Shown: positions 28,957 through 39,572 of the stretch, in pieces
Numbering within the stretch: position 1 is the first letter of the stretch
How the letters are laid out: each line of letters opens with the position of its first letter
Assembly: GCA_963837575.1 (NCBI GenBank)
Contig: CAWIOI010000001.1
Span: forward strand, 140,779 to 204,778
DNA length: 64,000 bases
From: an uncultured Actinomycetota bacterium
Lineage (GTDB): Bacteria; Actinomycetota; Actinomycetes; Mycobacteriales; Pseudonocardiaceae
Reading direction: 5' to 3'
Notes under the pieces: generated by a model
Told to the model about the DNA's origin: nothing
The model's database searches: none
What the model saw: only the letters and a program-made list of their open reading frames with translations
Translations under genes and position numbers: made by a program

Positions 28957-29508
28957 ATGGACGACGAGCCCGCGCGCGAGCGCATCCTTTGCGCCGCGGA
29001 GGCGCTGTTCGCGGAGCACGGCTTCGCGGCGACGCCGACGTCGCGGATCGCCGAGCACGCGGGGGTGCCCAAGGGGCTCGTCCACTACTACTTCACGCGC
29101 AAGGCCGACCTGCTCGAAGCCCTGGTCGAACGCCTGCCGCCGGACTGCGGGGGCGTGATCGCCGTCCCGGGTGACCTCGCGGCCAACCTGCGCCGCGCCG
29201 TCACCGCGCTCGACGCCGAGCTCGCCTCGTCGGCCGTGCTCTCGCACCTGCTGTGGCGCGAGGCCGACACGCACCCGGCCGTCCTCGACGCGCTGCGGTC
29301 CCGTTACGAGCGGATCGTCGCCGCCATCGCCACGGTGATCGCTGCGAGCGTCGAGGCGCCGCCCTCGGCCGTCGAGGGGGCCGCCCGGCTGCTGAGCTCG
29401 GCGCTGTCCTACCGGCACGCCGTCGCCCGCCACGGTGAGCTGGCAGGCATGGACCCGGAGATCGACCTGATCGTCGCGGCGTTCGCGAGTGGGCCGTGGC
29501 GGGGCTGA
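28957..29508 (+). CDS. TetR/AcrR family transcriptional regulator
   Basis: RERILCAAEALFAEHGF..IAEHAGVPKGLVHYYFTRKADLL HTH. Confidence 0.92.
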   Translation: MDDEPARERILCAAEALFAEHGFAATPTSRIAEHAGVPKGLVHYYFTRKADLLEALVERLPPDCGGVIAVPGDLAANLRRAVTALDAELASSAVLSHLLWREADTHPAVLDALRSRYERIVAAIATVIAASVEAPPSAVEGAARLLSSALSYRHAVARHGELAGMDPEIDLIVAAFASGPWRG

Positions 29509-30975
29509 CCCGGCGGCGGCTGCTGGCGGCCGCCGCGTCGTCCGCCGCGGTCGCGACGGCCGCCGCCGTCCTGCCGCCGAACGTGCGGCGCGAGATCGCG
29601 GCGCCGCCGCCGACGCGGCGCGCGTCGCTGCGCGACATCCGCCACGTCGTGCTGCTCATGCAGGAGAACCGCTCGTTCGACCACTACTTCGGCACGCTCG
29701 CGGGCGTGCGCGGCTTCGGCGACGCGGGCGCGCTCTGGCTGCCCGAGGGCGGCAGCGTCTTCCGCCAGCCGGACCCGCTGCACGGGGCCGGGTACGTCCT
29801 CCCGTTCCACCTCGACACCCACACGACGAGTGCCGCAACCATCCCGTCGACCTCGCACGCCTGGCAGGTGCAGCACGACGCGTGGAACGGCGGCCGGATG
29901 GACGGCTGGCTGGCCGCCCACCGCGGCGCGGACGGCGCGAACGCGCCCTTCGTGATGGGCTACCACACCCGCGCCGACCTGCCGTTGCAGTTCGCGCTGG
30001 CCGAGGCGTTCACGGTGTGCGACGCCTGGCACGCCTCGGTGCTCGGCCCGACCTGGCCCAACCGCATGATGTGGATGACGGGCACGATCGACCCCGAGGG
30101 GCGCGGCGGCGGTCCGTGCCTCGACAACGTCGCGCCGCGCGGCGGCTTCCGCTGGACCACCTACGCGGAGCGCCTCACCCGGGCGGGCGTGAGCTGGCGG
30201 GTCTACCACCAGGACGACACGTTCGGCTGCAACGTGCTGGAGCAGTTCGCCGCGTTCCGGCGGGCGCGCCGCGGGTCGGCGCTGGCCGTCGACGGCCGCA
30301 CGGCGCGGTCCGAGTTCGCCTTCGAAAGCGACGCCGCGGGCCGACCGTCTCCCGACCGTGTCCTGGGTCATCTGCACGAGCGCGACCTCCGAGCACCCCT
30401 CGTACCGGCCCGCCGACGGGGCCGACTTCGTCGCGAGCAAGATCGACGCGATCGCGGCGAACCCCGACGTGTGGGCGAAGACCGCGGTGATCCTCGCCTA
30501 CGACGAGAACGACGGCCTGTTCGACCACGTCGCGCCGCCCACCCCGCCGCCAGGCACCCCGGGGGAGTTCGTGAGCTGGACCTCGCCGGGCGGCACCCCC
30601 GGCAACGGGCTGCCGGTGGGGGCGGGGTTCCGGGTGCCCGCGATCGTCATCTCGCCCTGGACGGCGGGCGGATGGGTGTGCTCCGAGCCCTTCGACCACA
30701 CGTCGGCGCTGCGGTTCGTCGAGCGGGTGACCGGGGTGGTGGAGCCGAACATCTCGGCCTGGCGGCGGCGCACGTTCGGCGACCTGACCTCGGTGTTCCG
30801 GTTCGGCGACGGCCCGTTGCCCGCACCGCGCACCGTGCGGCCCGATCCGCCGTCGATCCCGCCGTCGGTCAACGCGTGGGCCACGCTGCCCGCCGCGCAT
30901 CTGCCGCCACCGCGGCTGCCCGGCCCGAACCAGCTGCCGCCCACCCAGGAGCCGGGCTCGCGGCCGCGGGTGTAA
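29496..30975 (+). CDS. Tat-exported phospholipase C / phosphoesterase; frameshift near 30345
   Basis: TRRRLL Tat signal, QENRSFDHYFG, GPTWPNR, then SEHP, YDENDGLFDHV, GFRVP, FDHTS in the second frame. Confidence 0.9.
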
Positions 30976-31015
30976 CCACGTCGACCATCTGTTCGATTTA
31001 GCGTATCGTGGGTGC

Positions 31016-31610
31016 ATGGTCGCCGATCTGGTGTGGCAGCCCTCGTTGCTCGACGGGCTGGAGATCGTCTGCGGCCCGGCGGCATGAGCTCGGGCACGGC
31101 GCGTGGGTGGACATCGTTCCGGGCTGGTGCGCGGGCGCCGACGGGCTGTTCGCCCGGCTGCTGGCCGAGACGCCGTGGGCAGGCCCGCGGCGGGTGCGGA
31201 TGTACGACCGGGTGGTGTCCGAGCCGCGGCTCACCCACCGGTGGCCGCTCGCCGAGGCGCCGCCCGACCTGGCCGCGATGGCACGGGAGCTGTCGGCTCG
31301 CTACGGCGTCGAGTTCACCCAGGTCGGGGCGAACCTCTACCGCGACGGCGCCGACAGCGTGGCCTGGCACGGCGACCGGGTGGCCCGCGAGCTGCCGTCG
31401 GCGGTGGTCGCGCTGGTGTCGTTGGGCGCGGTGCGACCGTTCCGGCTGCGGCCCGCCGGTGGCGGACCGTCGGTCGGCTTCACCCCCGGGCCCGGCGACC
31501 TGCTCGTCATGGGCGGCTCGTGCCAGCGCACGTGGCAGCACAGCGTGCCCAAGACCCGCGCCGTCGGGCCGCGCATCAGCGTGCAGTTCCGCCACGCCTA
31601 CGAGGTCTGA
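31016..31610 (+). CDS. AlkB-like 2OG-Fe(II) dioxygenase; probable frameshift near 31070
   Basis: NLYRDGADSVAWHGD, WQHSVPK, RISVQFR; N-terminus MVADLVWQPSLLD in another frame. Confidence 0.88.
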
Positions 31611-31642
31611 CGGCGGTGCGCACGGCCCATTAGGCTCCGCGG

Positions 31643-32245
31643 ATGCGCAGGATCGGCGTGATGGGCGGCACGTTCGACCCCGTGCATCACGGGCACCTCG
31701 TCGCGGCCAGCGAGGTCGCCTACCGGTTCGCGCTCGACGAAGTGATCTTCGTGCCCACCGGGCAGCCGTGGCAGAAGTCGGCCAAGATCGTGAGCCCGGC
31801 CGAGGACCGCTACCTCATGACGGTGGTGGCCACGGCGTCCAACCCGCGGTTCTCGGTGAGCCGGGTCGACATCGACCGCGCGGGCCCCACCTACACCGCC
31901 GACACGCTCACCGACCTGCACGCCCGGTTCCCCGGCTCGCAGCTGTACTTCATCACCGGGGCCGACGCGCTCGCCCAGATCCTGTCGTGGCACAAGGTGG
32001 ACGAGCTGTTCGAGCTGGCGCACTTCGTGGGCGTCACGCGTCCGGGCTACGACCTGGCCGACGGGCACCTGCCCGAGGGCGTCGTCACGCTCGTCGAGGT
32101 GCCCGCGATGGCGATCTCGTCCACCGACTGCCGCGACCGCGTCGCCCGCCAGCGGCCGGTCTGGTACCTCGTGCCCGACGGCGTGGTGCAGTACATCAGC
32201 AAACGGCACCTCTACCGACCGGACGGCGCTGACCAGGACCGATGA
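31643..32245 (+). CDS. nadD: Nicotinate-nucleotide adenylyltransferase
   Basis: [25 protein letters not shown]. Confidence 0.98.
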   Translation: MRRIGVMGGTFDPVHHGHLVAASEVAYRFALDEVIFVPTGQPWQKSAKIVSPAEDRYLMTVVATASNPRFSVSRVDIDRAGPTYTADTLTDLHARFPGSQLYFITGADALAQILSWHKVDELFELAHFVGVTRPGYDLADGHLPEGVVTLVEVPAMAISSTDCRDRVARQRPVWYLVPDGVVQYISKRHLYRPDGADQDR

Positions 32246-32413
32246 CCCGCCCGGTGACCTCGGCGACGGCGCGCGGCCCGATCCGCGGGGCCGAGACCGT
32301 CTGAGCAGCGCGCCGACCCGTCGCGAGCGGTCACCCGGCGCTCCGATGGGCTACTGCGGCTGGGACACTGGTCGCCGCGTCGGCCCGGTCGGGCCGCGCG
32401 GGAGGGATCGAGC

Positions 32414-32800
32414 GTGACGGCGACCGACGAGGCGCTGGCGATGGCCCGGGTGGCCGTGGCCGCGGCGGCCGACAAGAAGGCGCAGGACATCGTCGTGCTC
32501 GACGTGTCCGAGCAGTTGGTGATCACCGACTGCTTCGTGATCGCCTCGGCGCCCAACGAGCGGCAGGTGCAGGCGATCGTCGAGGAAGTCGAGGAGAAGA
32601 TGCGCCTGGCCGGGGCCAAGCCGACCCGGCGCGAAGGCGCCCGCGAGGGTCGGTGGGTGCTGCTGGACTTCGTCGACGTCGTGGTGCACGTCCAGCACAG
32701 CGAGGAGCGCGGGTTCTACGGGCTCGACCGGCTGTGGAAGGACTGCCCGCGCATCACGTTCCCCGAGGCGCAGGTCGAACGGGCGGGAGAAGGCGGGTGA
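32414..32800 (+). CDS. rsfS: Ribosome silencing factor
   Basis: DKKAQDI..DVS, WVLLDFVDVVVH, FYGLDRLWKD. Confidence 0.97.
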   Translation: MTATDEALAMARVAVAAAADKKAQDIVVLDVSEQLVITDCFVIASAPNERQVQAIVEEVEEKMRLAGAKPTRREGAREGRWVLLDFVDVVVHVQHSEERGFYGLDRLWKDCPRITFPEAQVERAGEGG

Positions 32801-33438
32801 CCCTGCGCAGGTTGGTGCTGCTCCGCCACGGCCAAACCGACTTCAACGTCCAGGGCCGGATGCAGGGCCACCTGGACGCCGAGCTCACCACGCACGGCCT
32901 GGCCCAGGCCGCCGCCGTCGCCCCGGGCATCGCCGCGCTCGGCCCGGACCGGCTGATCAGCTCGGACCTGCGGCGCGCCATCGACACGGCCGCCGTGATC
33001 GGCGCAGCGGCAGGCCTCGACGTCAAGGTCGACCCCCGGCTGCGCGAGACCCATCTCGGGGAATGGCAGGGGCGCACGGTCGTCGACATCGAGGAGGACT
33101 GGCCGGGCGCCATCGGGGAGTGGCGCTCCGACCCCGGATGGGCCCCTCCGGGTGGCGAGTCGCGCATCGAGGTCGTGCGCCGCTCCCGCCCCGTGATCGA
33201 CGAGCTCGACGAGGAGTACGCGGACAACCCCCAAGGCATCGTGGTGGTCGTGGCGCACGGCGGCATGATCGCCGGACTGGTGTGCGGCCTGCTCGGCCTG
33301 CCGACCTCCACGTGGCCCTCGATCGGCGGCATGGCGAACTGCCATTGGGCCGCGCTCGCCCGCCGGGCGGACCATCCCCGCTGGCGGCTCTCGGGCTACA
33401 ACGTGAGCCCCGCCGCGGCTCCGCCGCCGATTCTCTGA
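32797..33438 (+). CDS. Histidine phosphatase (GpgP-like)
   Basis: LRHGQT, SSDLRRA, LRETHLGEWQG, VAHGG; synteny with rsfS/octT. Confidence 0.9.
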   Translation: MTLRRLVLLRHGQTDFNVQGRMQGHLDAELTTHGLAQAAAVAPGIAALGPDRLISSDLRRAIDTAAVIGAAAGLDVKVDPRLRETHLGEWQGRTVVDIEEDWPGAIGEWRSDPGWAPPGGESRIEVVRRSRPVIDELDEEYADNPQGIVVVVAHGGMIAGLVCGLLGLPTSTWPSIGGMANCHWAALARRADHPRWRLSGYNVSPAAAPPPIL

Positions 33439-33446
33439 CCCGCACG

Positions 33447-34191
33447 GTGTCGGGCCCCACGCTGCTGGTCCTCGCGGACTCGCTCGCCTTCCACGGGCCC
33501 GAGCGCGCCGAGCCCGCGGACGATCCGCGGCTGTGGCCCAACGTCGCGGCCGCGGCCCTCGGCGGGCGAGCGGAGCTGGTCGCCGGAATCGGCTGGACGG
33601 CGCGCCACGCCTGGCAGGCGCTGATCCGCGACCCCCGGGTCTGGGCGGCGCTGCCGCGCGTCGACGCCCTGGTGCTCGGCGTGGGCGGCATGGACACGCT
33701 GCCGTCCCCGCTGCCGACAGCGCTGCGCGAGCTGCTCCCGGTCGTGCGGCCGGACGGGTTGCGTCGGGTGGCGCGGGCGGCCTACCGACGGATGCAGCCC
33801 GCGCTGGCGTGCGCGTTTCGCCCGGACGCTTCCCGGTGGTGGCCCGGTCGCGCTGCCGCCGCGCCTGACCGTTCGGCATCTGGAGCAGTGTCGGGTGGCC
33901 GTCCTCGCGATCCGGCCGGAGATCCCGGTGGTCGCGGTCCTGCCGCCGGTGCACCGGGCCGCCGAGTACGCCCGCGTGCACGTCGGACGGCCCGCGGCCG
34001 AGCGGGCGACGCGAGCGTGGGCCGCCGCGCACGGCGTCGCCCTGCTGGACCTCAAGGCGCTGGTCGCCGAGCACGTGCTGAGCGGGCACGGCAACCCGGA
34101 CGGGATGCACTGGGGCTGGTCGGCGCACGCCGACGTCGGCCGGGCCTGTGCCGCGCTGCTCCGCACGCCCCTCGCCGAGCGGATAGGCTGA
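33447..34191 (+). CDS. octT: Diglucosylglycerate octanoyltransferase-like SGNH protein; frameshifted at about 33810-33845
   Basis: LVLADSLAFHGP, GGMDTLPSPLP, GNPDGMHWGW; synteny. Confidence 0.85.
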
Positions 34192-34194
34192 CGC

Positions 34195-35112
34195 GTGCCC
34201 GTCGCCGTCATGACCGACTCCACGTCGTCGCTTCCTGACGCCATCGCGGCGCAGCGGGGCATCCGGGTGGTGCCGCTGTCGGTGCGGCTGGGTGCGCGCG
34301 TGGGGCACGAAGGCGTCGACATCGACACCGCGCAGCTGTGCGCCGCGCTGGCCGACCGGCGCCTCGACGTGCAGACGTCGCGACCCGCCCCCGCCGCGTT
34401 CGCGGCCTGCTACCGCGCCGCGCTGGACGCGGGCGCATCGGCGGTCGTCTCCGTGCACCTGTCGCGCGAGCTGTCGGGCACGTGGGAGGCGGCCCGGCTG
34501 GCGGCCGACGAGGTCGGGACCGACCGGGTGCGGGTGGTCGACTCGCGGGCCGCGTGCATGGGCCTCGGCTACGCGGTGCTCGCCGCGGCCGACGTGGCCG
34601 ACGACGGTGGCGGCATGGACGAGGTCGCGGCCGCGGCGTCGGAGGTCGCGGGGCGCTGCCGCATGTTCTTCTCGCTCGAGTCGCTGGACCGGCTGCGCCG
34701 GGGCGGGCGCATCGGCGCGGCCGCCGCGTGGGTGGGGACGGCCCTTGCGGTGAAGCCGTTGCTGCACGTCGCGCAGGGTCGCATCCTGCCGCTGGAGAAG
34801 GTGCGGACCACGGCGCGGGCCGCGCAGCGGCTCGTCGAGCTCGCCGCCCACGCCGCGGGGGACGGGCCGGTCGACGTCGCCGTGCAGCACCTCGCCGCCG
34901 CCGCGCGGGCCGAAGAGGTGGCCGCGCGGCTGCGCGAGCGGCTGGACGTGGCGCGGCTGCTGGTGTCGGAGGTCGGCGCGGTGATCGGCGCGCACGTGGG
35001 CACCGGGCTGCTCGGGGTCGTGGTCGTGCCGCGGAGAGGCGAGTTGTCCACATCGCCGGAGGTTGTCCACAGATTGCCGAAGCCCGGCCGCGGAGCGCCG
35101 CCGCCGACCTAG
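34195..35112 (+). CDS. DegV family lipid-binding protein
   Basis: VMTDSTSSL, TSRP, HLSRELSGT, LRRGGRIG, VIGAHVGTG. Confidence 0.95.
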   Translation: MPVAVMTDSTSSLPDAIAAQRGIRVVPLSVRLGARVGHEGVDIDTAQLCAALADRRLDVQTSRPAPAAFAACYRAALDAGASAVVSVHLSRELSGTWEAARLAADEVGTDRVRVVDSRAACMGLGYAVLAAADVADDGGGMDEVAAAASEVAGRCRMFFSLESLDRLRRGGRIGAAAAWVGTALAVKPLLHVAQGRILPLEKVRTTARAAQRLVELAAHAAGDGPVDVAVQHLAAAARAEEVAARLRERLDVARLLVSEVGAVIGAHVGTGLLGVVVVPRRGELSTSPEVVHRLPKPGRGAPPPT

Positions 35113-35122
35113 CGTCGGGAAC

Positions 35123-36218
35123 GTGCCCCGAACCGCTCCCGCTCAGGCCGATCGGCTCACGTCGGTGCTCACCCCGCGTGCTGCCCCGCCACCCCTCCCG
35201 CTCGGTACCGCGGGCGCCGACGTTGTGGACAGTGGCAGGCCCACCGCGTCGGATCCGGGCGGGGTCGGGCCGCCGACCGTCCCGTTGCCCGTGCGACGAG
35301 CAGGCGCGTGGCGGCGGTTGTTCGGCCGGGCGTCCTGGCGTGGGGTTCGTCTTGATCCCGGGCGTCCGGGAGCCATTGCGCTGGTGCTGGTGGCGCTCGT
35401 GGCCGCGGTCGTCGCCGCGGTCGGGGTGTGGACGGCGCGGCCGCAGGCCGAGCCGGTCCGCGGGCTGCCCGGCGTCGTCGTGGACGGCGCGTCGCCACCA
35501 GGGGGCGCCGCGTCCGGGGTCGGGCCCGCCGGCGGCGCCGCGGCGGTGGGCGCGAGTGGCGAGGGAGCCGGGGCCGGGGCGGCGGGCGCGGCAGGTGGTG
35601 GATCGGCGGGCGGAGCGGCGGGTTCGGCGGCGAGCGGAGCGGCGGGTTCGGCGGGGAGCGGGGCGGCGCCTGCGGGCGGCAACGGCGCGGCGGGCTCGGC
35701 GGCGGGCGGCGGTGGTGCGGGCGCGCCTGCGGACTTGCTGGTCGTCAGCGTGTCCGGCCGGGTCGCGCATCCGGGTGTGGTGCGGGTGTCGGACGGGGCG
35801 CGGGTCGCCGATGTATTGGCCGCCGCAGGCGGGGCGCAGCCGGGCGTCGACCTGTCCGGGCTGAACCTCGCGCGCCGGGTGGTCGATGGCGAGCAGATCG
35901 CGGTCGGGGTCCCACCGGCGCCCGACGCGGCGGGGCAGCCGCCCTCCGGAGGGGCAGGCGCGGGCGGCGCCGCGGGTTCACCCGGGTCGGGCGGGCCGGT
36001 GGGCTCGGGCTCGGCCGGTTCGGCGGCGAAGGTCGACCTCAACACCGCGACGGTCGCGCAGCTCGACACGCTCCCCGGCGTCGGTCCGGTGACCGCGCAG
36101 CACATCGTGGACTGGCGCACGCACAACGGGCGCTTCGTCCGGGTGGACCAGCTGCGGGAGATCGACGGGATCGGCGAGCGCCGGTTCCAGCAGCTCCGCG
36201 ACTTGGTCGACGGTCTGA
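35123..36218 (+). CDS. comEA: ComEA DNA-binding protein with long Gly/Ala linker
   Basis: TM, SLBB domain (VSGRVAHPGV..LNLARRVVDGEQI), HhH (DLNTATVAQLDTLPGVGPVTA); TGA 36216-36218 is out of frame by one base. Confidence 0.9.
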
Positions 36219-38600
36219 TGCGCACCCCGCCCGCCGATCGGCTCGATCCCCCCGAGCACCCGTCGCCGGACCTGCGGCTCGTGCCTGCCGCGGCCGCGGC
36301 GTGGGCGGTGATGCTGCTCGGGCTGGGCTTCGGGCCGATGGCGGGCGGCGCAGTCGCGCTGGGGGCAGGCGTCGTCGCCGTCATCGCGCACCACGGTCGC
36401 CGCTCGCCCGCGCTGCTGGCCGCCGCGGGCACGGCGGCCGCGGCCGGGATCGTGATCGCGGCCCACACGCTGCTGGTCACCACCCATCCGCTGCACGAGC
36501 AGGCCCATCGCGGCGCTGCCGCGACCGTGCGGGTCGTCCTGCGCGACGATCCCCGGGCGCTGCGCACGTCGGGGCCTTCCGGCGGGCAGGCCGCGGCGCG
36601 CGTGGTCGTGGCCGCCGAGCTGGTGGAGACGACGGCGGGCGCAGGCCGCTGGGCGGGCGGTGGCCGGGTGCTGCTGCTCGCGCCCGCGGAGGGCTGGCTC
36701 GGGTCTGCTGCCCGGGCAGACCGTCACGGCCGAAGGCCTGCTGGCGCCGCCCGAGCGGGCCGATCTCACGGTCGCGGTGCTGCGGGTGCGCGGAGGGCCT
36801 CGCCGAGGTGGCGCCCCCGCCGTGGTGGCAGTCGGCCGCGGGCGGGCTGCGGTCGGGCCTGCGGGACGCCGCAGGCACGCTCCCGCCCGCCGACGCCGGG
36901 CTCCTGCCCGGCCTGGCCATCGGCGACACGAGCGCGCTCACCCCCGAGGTGGACGACGATTTCCGTGCGGCGGGCCTCACCCACTTGCTCGCGGTGTCGG
37001 GCGCCAACTTGGCGATCTTGACCGGCGCCGTGCTCGCAGGCCTGCGGCGGCTACGGGCCGACCCGCGGCTGTCGGCCGCCGTGGCGGGCGCGGTCCTGGT
37101 GGGCTTCGTGATCCTCGCCCGACCGTCGCCGAGCGTGGTCCGGGCGGCGGTGATGGGTGCGGTCACGTTGGTGGCGCTCGGCGTGGGGCGCGCGCGGTCC
37201 GCGCTGCCCGCGCTCGCCGCCGCGGTGCTCGTGCTGCTGTTCGCCGATCCCGCGCTCGCCGTCGACGCCGGGTTCGCGCTGTCGGTGTCGGCGACGGCCG
37301 CGCTGGTGCTGCTGGCGCCCCGGTGGACGCGCGGCGCTCGACCGCGCGGCGGCGTGCCGCGCCTGGCCGCCGAGGCGTTCGCCGTGGCCGCAGCGGCCTT
37401 CCTCGTCACGGCGCCGCTCGTCGCCGGGCTGGGCGGGCTGGTCAGCCCGGTGGCGGTCGCGCGCCAACCTGCTCGCCGCCCCGGCCGTCGCGCCCGCCAC
37501 GGTGCTGGGCGTGCTCGCCGCGCTCGTCGCCCCGGTCGCGCCCCCGGTGGCGAGCGGGTGCGCCTGGCTGGCCGGATGGCCCGTCGCGTGGCTGATCGCG
37601 GTGGCCGATCACGCCGCCGCCGTGCCCGGCGCCGCGCTGCACTGGCCCGCAGGGACCGCGGTGCGCTGCTCATGGTCGGCGTGCTCGGTGGCGTCGCCGG
37701 TGGTCGGCCCGATCACGGCGTCGCCGCGCCGTGCTGCTCGCCGCGCTCGCGGGCGTCACGGTCGTGCTCGTCCCGACCCGGCTCGTCCCGCCGGGCTGGC
37801 CGCCTGCCGGCTGGGTGATCGTGGCGTGCGACGTCGGGCAGGGCGACGCCGTCGTCCTGGCCACGGCGCGGCCGGGCTGGGTGGTGCTGGTCGACACCGG
37901 CCCGGCGGACGGGCCCGTCGACGCCTGCCTCGCCCGGCTCGGCGTGCGCGGGATCGCCCTCGTGCTGCTCAGCCACCTGCATGCCGACCACGTCGGCGGC
38001 CTCGCCGGGGCGCTGCGCGGTCGGCCGGTCGGTGGGATCGCCGTCGGGCCGGTCCACGAGCCCGCCTGGGCGCTGCGCGACGTGGCCCGCGACGCCGCCG
38101 CAGCCAGGCGTGCCGCTGGTCGCGCTGGCCGCCGGACGGCGGCTCGCCTGGCCCGGCCTCACCCTCGACGTGCTGGGCCCACCGCACCCGGCCGCCGACG
38201 TCGACCCGGACGACGGCACCGCGGTGAACGACGGCTCGCTCGTCGTCCGCGCCACCACGCCCGGCGGGCACGATCCTGCTGGCGGGCGACGCCGAGGTGG
38301 CCGAGCAGGCCGACCTGCTCGGCAGCCGGACAAGTCCGTGCGGGCGGACATCCTCAAGATGCCCCATCACGGCAGCCGCTACAGCTCGCCCGCCTTCCTG
38401 TCGGCGGTCGCGCCGCGCGTCGTGCTGGTCAGCGTGGGGGCGGGCAACACCTACGGGCAGCCGAACCTGCCCCTGCTCGCGGCGCTAGAACGCTCGGGCG
38501 CGCTCGTGCGCCGCACCGACAGCTCGGGGGACGTGGCCGTCACCGGCGCCGAACCGGTGGCGGGCGGCCGGGCCGAGCTGCAGGTCGTCGCACGCGGCGA
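36218..38600 (+). CDS. comEC: ComEC/Rec2 competence channel; many frameshifts, 3' end uncertain
   Basis: DLRLVP, GLTHLLAVSGAN, PSPSVVRAAVMG, DVGQGDA, SHLHADHVGG, KMPHHGS, VSVGAGNTYG, RTDSSG spread over several frames. Confidence 0.9.
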
Positions 38601-38633
38601 CCCGACGCCCGCCCGCAGACGGCGGCGTCGGGT
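38600..38633. terminator. GC-rich hairpin between convergent comEC and tRNA-Leu
   Basis: ACCCGACGCC...GGCGTCGGGT arms. Confidence 0.5.
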
Positions 38634-38648
38634 TCGCGCGCGGGGTCG

Positions 38649-38723
38649 TACCGGCGGCGGGATTCGAACCCGCACTGTCGACCACCTAAAGATCGTGTCT
38701 CCTGCCAGTTGGACTACGCCGGC
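38649..38723 (-). tRNA. tRNA-Leu(TAG), 75 nt, short variable loop, CCA not encoded
   Basis: GCCGGCG TA GTCC AACTGGCAGG AGAC A CGATC TTTAGGT GGTCG ACAGT GCGGG TTCGAAT CCCGC CGCCGGT A folds as a cloverleaf; discriminator A. Confidence 0.93.
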
Positions 38724-38754
38724 AACCCGGTCAGGATACGGACGCCGACGGCGC

Positions 38755-39223
38755 TCAGACGGCCAGGTCCTTGCGCAGCTTGGCCACGTGCCCGGTGGCG
38801 CGCACGTTGTACTGCGCCACCTCGATCTTCCCGTCCGGGTCGATCACGAACGTGGAGCGGATCACGCCGGTCACCGTCTTGCCGTACATCTGCTTCTCGC
38901 CGAACGCGCCCCAGGCGTTGAGCACGTCCTTGTCGGCGTCGGAAAGCAGCGGGAAGGTCAGGCCCTCCTTGTCGCGGAACTTCGCGAGCTTCGCGGGCTT
39001 GTCGGGGGAGATGCCGAGCACCTCGAGGCCCGCCCCGTTCAGCTCGCGCGAGGCTGTCGCGGAAGTCGCAGGCCTGCTTGGTGCAGCCGGGGGTGCCCGC
39101 GGCCGGGTAGAAGTAGACGACGACGCGGCGGCCGCGGTAGTCGGCGAGCGACACGGGCTTCCCGTCGGCGTCGGGGAGCGTGAAATCGGGGGCGGCGTCG
39201 CCGGGGGCGAGACGGGTGGTCAT
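38755..39223 (-). CDS. bcp: Peroxiredoxin Bcp; frameshift near 39045
   Basis: [26 protein letters not shown], then [18 protein letters not shown] in the second frame. Confidence 0.93.
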
Positions 39224-39312
39224 GCCTCGATCCTGGCACGTCGCCCGGCCGGGTCCGCGACGTGTGATCTACGGTGTGGGCTGCCCTACCCACCGGCACG
39301 TCAGGAGGCGTC

Positions 39313-39535
39313 GTGGCGCGCGACCCGGACACCATCCAGCAGCGAGATCGAGAAGGCGAGGGACGCCCTCGCCGAGAGCCTCGACGTGCTCAGCGAGCGC
39401 GCCAACCCCAAGCGGTTCGTCGATCAGGGCCGGGCGAGCCTGCAGCAGCGGCTCGCCGACCCGAAGATCAAGTACGGCCTCATGGCCGTCGGCGCGCTCG
39501 TCGCCCTCGCGGTGCTGCGCAAGCTCTTCCGCTGA
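39313..39535 (+). CDS. DUF3618 small membrane protein; frameshift near 39340
   Basis: MARDPDTIQ + EIEKARDALAESLDVLSERANPK; AGGAGG RBS; divergent from bcp as is usual. Confidence 0.85.
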
Positions 39536-39572
39536 GGGCGGGCGAGGCGCGCGTCTCGCCTGCAGCGTGGGC

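Noticed and set aside
32242-32304. 20-aa ORF overlapping the nadD stop
   Set aside because: No supporting motif or RBS; could be chance or a shifted nadD tail
35063-37021. Apparent ComEA-ComEC fusion
   Set aside because: Removing one base near 36209 restores LVTV* with a TGATG stop/start overlap; an indel artefact is more likely
38649-38723. Integrated element at tRNA-Leu
   Set aside because: No integrase and no duplicated tRNA 3' end seen in the window
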